Source of the DNA: Chrysomallon squamiferum
Taxonomy: Eukaryota; Animalia; Mollusca
Direction of reading: 5' to 3'
DNA: 64,000 nt
Assembly (NCBI GenBank): GCA_012295275.1
Contig: CM022670.1
Coordinates: 11,222,001 to 11,286,000 of the forward strand
The position numbers were made by a program, and so were the translations under genes. The notes beneath the pieces were generated by a model that was not told where the DNA came from, did no database searches, and worked only from the letters and a program-made list of their open reading frames with translations. How positions within the stretch are numbered: position 1 is the first letter of the stretch; each line of letters starts with the position of its first letter. This document shows, piece by piece, positions 53,901-62,947 of this stretch.

Positions 53901-56900
53901 GGAAAAAAGGCAAGGTATCAAATATGAATCAAATAAATCTGACTTGGAACAAATCTGAAGAAATGTGAAGGTATTTTTTAAATAATTCCATCAGATGTCA
54001 CAGTAAATCCATCAGCTGTAGACTACTCTTTTTTCTCGGAACTACACAACATGATGCTGCCTGATCAATATTTACTGCACTGATTATGTATATTTGCTTG
54101 TTTCTTCTATTTAATTACCACTAACGCAGGATTTAGTTCTTCTGGCAGAGCACCTTCAGCATAAAAGACAAGTATATTTCTTTTAGTTTTCTTACAGAAT
54201 ATATATACTCTCTTCTGGTCAAAAGTGAGCACAATTTTTTGAGAGTTATCTTAATTAGAATTTCTTAAAAAAATTAAAAATCTTTATTATTTCCATATAG
54301 TTCTAAAATTTAGCAAAAAGCAAACTAATCAAGCTAAAAAAATAAAATAATAATCAATTATCTGTTTCTAACAAGCAAGAAACATCAATATACTTAAGCA
54401 GATTTGTTTAAAGCTAAGCTAATGATTAAAATCATTATGCTTAAGGTTGGTTTTTGTTTATTTATTTTTTTTTTTTTTTTTTAAATACTTATAATACTTA
54501 TTATACTGATTTTGTTTCTTCATTATTTAATATTTAATAGGTTCAAACTTTATTTTCATCTTAAAAAAACAACATACAAATCATCATCATCATCGTGACC
54601 ACCCCTTCAATGGAGTTCGCTAATAATTCTAAAATTAAATTATGAATAATTAACAATATTAAATTTGTCTATTTAATACATGATTTGCTAACAATATGAA
54701 CTGTGAAAAGAAATACAGTTTCTAGGATTGACATTTAGGGAGTCAGTAATTGCCATTTTAGAGTAATTGGCATGTTTTGTTAGAGAACATTTTTCTGTTA
54801 CAGAGTAAAACGATACAAAAGTGATTTCCATATTTGTTCTCTGCTACTTATTTATAATAAACAAACAGCAGGCAATAAATTACTGCTAAAAGAAATTACA
54901 GGATAACTCTGGATAACAAAATCTGAAGCTTTAATATAATCTGAAAACTATAAAAGATGTCAAGCATTTTATCCCTTGAACTCACTGAATACGGTTTGAG
55001 GTCCATGTAACTGTGAGTGCGTTCATACCATGGTTTTGACCAACTGTGCCTTGTTGGATTAGACCGAGGTCGTTCATAGTAATCCTGTTATATTAACACT
55101 CTGTCATGTAACTAGCTTTCAAAATTACAAAGTACACACTACTGAAAGAATTACGATAATTTTTGGAAGTATCAAATAACTGTTTATAAAAACAAATTCT
55201 AAAACCAAAACACTATATCATCCATAATTAAATATATAAAAAAAAAAAAAAAAAAAATGTTTTCGTTACTGAATTTTATTACCATTATGGTTTCAAGGAG
55301 TAAAAAAACTTCAATAAAAATCATTCTAAAACACAAAGAAGTTCATGTGTACCTAGCTACATGTTGCAGTGAAGACAATTTTGAAAAAAAACCAACAACC
55401 AGTAATATTTAATCCTTAACACTTGTGAAATTAATATACATTAATCTAACCTGATGATCTCTGACACCAAGACCTGGAATGGATGCCATCTGGTTCTCTG
55501 AATCCTGTTTTACATATCGGTTGTGTGAATTTTTCTGAAAAGAACAAAACAATACAATGAATATAAGGTTAGCAATGAACTTTTAAAAGCTACTTTATAT
55601 CAGTTTTTCTTTCTTTTCTGTATGCATTGAAACAATAAAAGTGTCTTCAGTTAAGCAAAGATACAGCTCTGTCATTGTGAACCGTAACACAAAGTCTTGC
55701 TTTAATTTCAGAAATCACCAACCTCTGCTAGTAATTTATTGTATTCCTGTCTTCTCTCTTCATTCAGTTTCTCTCGATGTTTAGTATTTGAACCCAGCTT
55801 GCTGAAAAATCCTCCTGGGGTAGGAGGTTTTGGCGGGAGATTCTCGCGGCCTCTGGGTCCAGGCTTAAAAATTCAAATGTATTATGTTAGTATAACACCA
55901 TATAATAGGAAAAAATAAATGAAAACCTCAGACTCTGGCCTGACATAATGCAAACTGAAAGAATGTATTACAAACAGGAAGCAATAAAACAACATAACAA
56001 TAATAAATCAAAGTACAGCAAATGTCTTTGCTACATGCAAAAACTATTCTGCATAATAATTACAAAAATAGTTTTATTAACTTGCTTGTATGCACTTTTA
56101 AGCTAATGAATATATTTTAGATAGCAGCTGCCATTTTGTATTAAAACTTAGTTCATCTGAAAAATTTAAATATAAAATGATACTGAAGCATTAAGGCATC
56201 TAATATTGGTCTGTTAATGAAATGTTTGCATGATTAGAGCAATATGAACATGCAGAAATGAAAAGTTACATATGTGAGATACCAGTTTGTGCAAAACAGG
56301 GGATAACTCTGCAATTAAATATTAACACACAGTACATTCAGAAAAATTAACTGTAAAGATGACAAGATGCATAATTAATAATCAGTGAGCAAAAACAGGT
56401 GGCTTTGTTTTATTTTCAGGTTGGAATCTGATTTGTTAGTTTTTGTTTTTTTACAAAATATATGAATATATTTCATTTACTGATTAAGAACTCAGTGCAA
56501 ATAAAACTATCTAATGTAACCATTTCCAGTTCAAAAATTAACAAAATATATTTCGTTTTTGTATATATCGCAAGAAAGAAAATTTTTAAAACTGAACAAC
56601 ATTAAGTGCTATCATCAAATAAATGTTACAAATAAAAAGCATTGAAAGGTATTTTCCACTACTTCTCTTATTCAAATCACATTAATAAATGAGTGGACAG
56701 TGAAAATTGTTTAACAGTAAGCTAATTGTATTCTTCTCTTCTGTAATATATGATAACATGCCATACTTGCTAAATCAATAAATATCACAATTCCTGTTCA
56801 GACAGTAATTTCCATCTGCATTTCAAAATTAAAATACATCTACAGGTATTTGGTATTTTCTTTTGAATGAACAAAGAAAGAAAATATCAAACAAAAAAAT

Positions 56901-59900
56901 ATATGAATAAAATTTATTTAGCAGATTATGATTCATTGAATAACATGATTATTTTACACCAATTCACTATTAAAGAGAAAATATATTATGAATACCTACA
57001 ACAAACACTTTCATTTAGAATGTGTGCTGAAACTGCAATATGGATGGGTTAAAATTAATGAAATATTAATCAATATAATGTCACAGCAAATGTATTTCAC
57101 ACAGCAACAACAAACAACTGCAATAAAGTTATTTTAAAAAAACATTAAATGGGTAACACTTTTATGTAAAAACCAATCTACACCTTTTCAGCTAAGTAGT
57201 GCTGGAATTCATTTTTATGTTTTGATCCAGCTAAGTCCAGTGGAAGTACTTTCTCAGTGGACGGTTCCTGCTGCATTCTCTGTGATTGTTTCAGTGACTA
57301 GCAACAAGAAGGGATGTCAACAATAAACATTAACTAGATAAACGCTGACAGACTACTCTGTGAATCAATATTTTGCTGATGGTCTTTACATACACTATTG
57401 GAAAACAAGACCTAATTGTTTGGAAAATACTTTTTTTTGGAAAACATTTTTCAGTTTGAGTGCACTGATGTATTTGTTTCAAGACAAAAAGCTGCAGCAG
57501 ATTCAAAGTTTTATGTAGAAATCTATAATTTTGTGTGGTATATGTCTCATGATTAGTGGGTACTTATTTCCAATATTCAATTTCAAAATAAATTAAATAT
57601 AAATTTAAATATTTTCTATAATAAAATTATAAGCAATAACCAATTTCCTTGAATTAACTGTTAGTAAATATGAATATATTTTTTCAAATCTCAGTCTTGT
57701 TAGTAAATATGTCTAATTATGCACCTTATCACGTTTGAATTGTTCATACTCTCTGCGTTTCTCTTCTAGAAATGTTGCCTTGTTATCTTTGTGTTCACCA
57801 ATCTGAAGACCAAGATCTACTGTAGGTTCACGCCATTTCCTCCGGGACATATCCGGAGACTTTACAAAAAAAAAAAGAATGACAATTTGCTTAAAATAAC
57901 ACATAACATATGTTGACATATTCAAAGATTTCTCAATTCAAAAACTGATTTTTCATCCTGACACAAACATCCGTTTACCACTTTGAAACAGACTCAGAAT
58001 CATCTTTACATGATTTTATTTTAGTATCATTTTAAAAAACCCAATAAACTGATGACAAAATGTAAAAAAGATATAACATGACTTAGAAAGATATTTCGTT
58101 AGTATGTCGTTCAAGCGTTTGTTAGTTTTATAATTAAAACGGTTTTCCACAGCCATTAACAGATTCTACTTCTACCTTCATTTTTTCATGCATTCCAATA
58201 GGAAGTCCTTTTTCCTCAGATGGTTCTCGCCAGATTCGACGAGATCTATCATGTGTCTGCAGGACAGAAAGTTAAGTACATATTCATTAGCTAAAATCAT
58301 CTTCTATGCATTACACAGAGGGATAACTTATTAATAACACATATTCTACAGGTACAACAATGTCCAGATGTTTGTGACAGTTAGTAAGTAATGTTACATG
58401 GCTTGTTTTCTTTTAATGACAAAATACAAAAAGTGTTTTAGGTTTTTGATATGTCTTATGATTAAATATTACTCTTTTCAAAGTATATTTCAATAACAAT
58501 TACTAACAATGCAAAACAGTAGTTTATTTTAGAAATAATATTAAAATAAATTATTCAGTTACATCATCAGTATTAAATAAAATGACTGAAAGAGTTACCA
58601 TCAGCATGAATTTTGCTAATAAAAACTGAAAAATCTTTCACAACAAGAACTCATATCTCAATATCAGATGCTTAAGTTTATCTTGAAAAAGAATAATGGA
58701 AAGCTAAAACTAACTTGATAACATAGATCACAGAAAACATTTTTCAATGATTTTACATTTTTGCAAGAAATATAGCATCAGTTTAAGTTTCCAGTATTCA
58801 CTATAATAAATCATCTAACAAAAAAATTGAATAATGAATGTTTTATAAATTGGTATAATGGTTTTAAAAAGCACACAAAAAAAAACAACAACAGAATGTT
58901 GAAGTTTACCCTTTGAAACAAGACTAATAATATAGTGTCACAGTGGTAATATTCCCAAAAATCAAATCACACTTATTCCAGCTATAATTACTCCCATATT
59001 ATCTGTATTAATATACATATTTCTAACACAACATTATTTTCTCATATATATTTAAGTTAGTGTTTTCACTGTTGCTATCTGGTTGTTACAAACACAAAGT
59101 AATGATACAGACAAGACAAACACTACAGATCACCAAAGACCTGTTTGAATTAACAGCAAGATAAATATAGAAAATCAATTTTTTATAAATATCTCATGAA
59201 TCTACAAATAAATTAACTGTTCTGTTTAATAAAACCTGTATAATATATGATGTATGATGTATGATACTTGAAGCAATTGGCAATGTTTTACAACTATAAT
59301 TAAATAAACATTATTCAATTAATTTTCACATAACAGGGATAAATATCTTATGAACTACAGAGATAAATATATTAACTGTACTGTTTTATGAACTCTGTAT
59401 TACATGGAATAATGAATCATGATATTGTACAACAATAAGCCACCTACTCTATTAATTTTCAGTATCTTATGAAGAGATAATTTTAAATTAACAGCACAGT
59501 TTTAATACAAAATCTTCATTACATACAATACTGAATGCCTATGATATTTGAAGCAAAAGCAATAATTTACAACTACAACTGTCTAAGCCAGCAACTATGT
59601 TAATTTTCACATAATAAATATCTTATGAACTGCAAGAGATAAAAACTTAACTGTATTGTTAATAAAATATTTATCATATAACAATACTAATGTTAATCAT
59701 AATACTTGAAGCAATAAGCAATAATTTACGACTACAAATTCCTACTGTATTAATTTAACAAACAATAAACAGTTAGCACTTAGAATATCTATGCTATTTA
59801 AATCAAATGATAAAAATAGATTTTAAACAAATAAGATTTTACATGCACATTTCAGAACAACAGATACCAATAGAAGCTTCCAAATGTTACAAACAATACA

Positions 59901-62900
59901 CATTTTTCTGGGATAAAACAGACATATTAAGAACAAAAAGTAACTTTAATGTATGTTAGTTCAAATTTCTTTCCACCATCAGTAAAATAATTACAGAACA
60001 CAAAAAGATGACAACAGAATCAACAGGACAGACACAGATCCACACAACAAAAACAGTTTCCGTCAACAGTTTCTTCATGCAATGAATGATGCACTTCTAT
60101 CAAGCAAAGAGGGATGAATCAGCATCAAGCATTACAGATTTTCGTCAAAGCCAACAGCAGGACAGAAATGTATAATCTACATTGGGTAAAAAAGTACTGT
60201 AACTCTAACTACAAACTGATGTTGTTGTTATCGGGTATCATCACTACCTGGCAGGCAGCATGTAACAAATATCAGCAGATTATTATCTACATGTAACGAA
60301 TGCAGAACTATGTTGTTAGTAGAATCACGTGACAGCACACACATTATACCTTGGCTCCTGCCTTCCCTCCATGAAACTCCCTCCATACTTCCTGATAAGC
60401 TAGTTTATCGCCATCAACCTGTATTTCCCGATCTTTTTCCTGTTTCTGCCATGCTAAAACAAATGATATACCAAATATGTCACTTACCAAAGTTAATTAA
60501 TGAAAACACCTTTTATGAATTTCTACAAATTTTGCCTTTGAAATATACCAATTATATACAATACATTACAATGACCACTGGTAACGCTCACATCAACAAT
60601 AAAGGTCAAAAACATTGAAAAAATTATATACAATGAAGTTCTTAATAAAACAATTACATGCACTTTTTATTTTATTTCCATTTAGTATATATATAAAAAT
60701 TAATATAAAAATTAAAGATGAAAGTTATAGATGATCTCTTTTTATTGATTTAAAATACATTTTTCTGTATTATATATATATTTTATATAGTAACTGTAAA
60801 CAAATCAAGCAACAAAACTTTGAAAACAGAACAAAAAAACAACAAAACATCGTAATATCAACTTTCTGAAACAATATATTCATTTCACTGACAGATATTA
60901 TAAAAGAAATTTCAGATGATAATGCATGGATGACAAACATTACAACACATTCTGAATGGTTTAAATGATTTATTTCTCAACACAGTGTAACAGAACACTA
61001 TGATAATCCGCAGTAAGCAGCATACCTCCAAGAGTTGCTGCTGATGTGGTGGCTGCTGCTGCTGCCACAGTGGTTTGGATGAATAATTATGGTTCTGGCC
61101 AGCTTCTTGTAGTCTGTTTCCAATACCATTTTGTTGAGCATAGTTTACAGGTCTCTCATCTGTCAAGTATGCTACAGTTTCATGCTGACTCTGTTTCAGT
61201 CTCTCCAGAAGTTCCTCAATTGAAGGTCCAGGTTCATGTTTTGTGTAACCATTACGTGGCTAGGGATAAAATAAATATTCTAAAAAGTAAATGAACTGTA
61301 ATAAAACACAATAACAATTTAAAAAAACAAGCAAACAGAAACTGTATCCAGTCATCTATTTATGACTTATGTGACACATGACTTTGCAACCTTTGTCTGA
61401 AGTGATACTGATCCTTTTTTTTTTCACTTCTCATGAGGTTTAATATGAATGGAAAAAAAAGAACAATTCAGTGTATGTTCAGTATGACTGTAAAGAAAAT
61501 GACTCCACCAGATACACAAGACAGTAACATTTTTGCTTTACTACCTAATACCAGTGATCAGTAAATATGTTCTGGGGTTTTTTGGTAGCAAGTATTAAAC
61601 ACATTGTAGTGCTAATTGTGTTTGGTTTAAACTAATTATATACAATTATACAAAAATCAATTTATGACCAAGTGGCTGAAATGGAACATGGTCATAAGTC
61701 AACAACTGTATATGTAAAAACTGTTACATTATGAATTACTATTGTGTAAGCTTTTAAATCAATATTCTGATGTAACATTTTCTTTCTGAAAGCTTTGTCA
61801 GTTAAGTAGTTAAAAAATAACTATAGCTAATAACAAAACAGTTTCATATCTATTAGCCTTAACTGAAAATAATATATAAATATTTGCTTCACTTTGCTTA
61901 TTGTATTCAAATCATGCTAAATTACTAACTGTAATAATAATATTATTAACATTCAGTCAACAAGCTTTGTAAATATACACTTTATTATTAATTTTGTTAT
62001 TATTTATCTTTGAATGCTGTTATATCTATATTTAATTAAAAACTTCTTTCATGTGATCAAAGCATTACACATGCTGACAACTGATATGTTTTGTTTCTCT
62101 GTCTGAAATCCAAATTTCAATCAGAATCCTTTAGGCTATCACTTAAACTACCTAAGAGATGTGACAAAGGCAATCATAATTATAATCTTATTTGTTTTTA
62201 TATGATTTCATAAGACCAGGCTGTTGTTAATAATAAATTATAACATGTCCAGAACCTTTATGGAGTCTACTGTTTTGCAGAGTTTGATCTCTACAGACAA
62301 ATAAATATATTTTAAATTCAGTCAGTAAAATTTCCTACCATACCTGTTTATACTGTTTTTCAGTAGGTCTGTTTTCATAGTTCTGTTTAGAATTTTCCTC
62401 TGGCTGTTCTCTATGGACAGGAGTTTCTTTAGGTAAGACCTTCACATTTTCAAACTTTGATACTGAATGTTTCTGCAGCAGTAGTTTATCATGTTCTGCC
62501 TTTTGCTGAAAATATATTTTGAAAAAGAAATAAACATATTAAGGTTTTTCAGGTTACTTCTTTTTGTTGTTGTTATTTAGGGGATTTAGGGTTATATGTA
62601 ACTGAATTAAGTCCAACAAAATGACTTTACTAACATATATAATGTTTAATACCACAGCTTTAATCTGAAATAAACTTGAGTTTAAAGTTATCTTGAAAAT
62701 CAGTAAAACTCACCTCATCAAGCATTTTCTTGTATTCCTGTTGTTTCTTGTAACGAAGTAATCTCTGAGCCTTCTCATAATCCTCAACAGAAATGTTTTC
62801 ATTATCATCAATTACAGCAACCCTCCTTTTTTCATTAGCTTTTTTCTAGTTAAAATAAATTAAAATAAAAAATATAATAATAATAATAATAATAATAATA

Positions 62901-62913
62901 TTATAATTATAAT

Positions 62914-62947
<34 letters not shown>

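Noticed and set aside
54119-54190. 72-nt phase-0 open segment (KTKRNILVFYAEGALPEELNPALV)
   Set aside because: Weak acceptor, no repeat motif and not needed for the frame; possible but unsupported.
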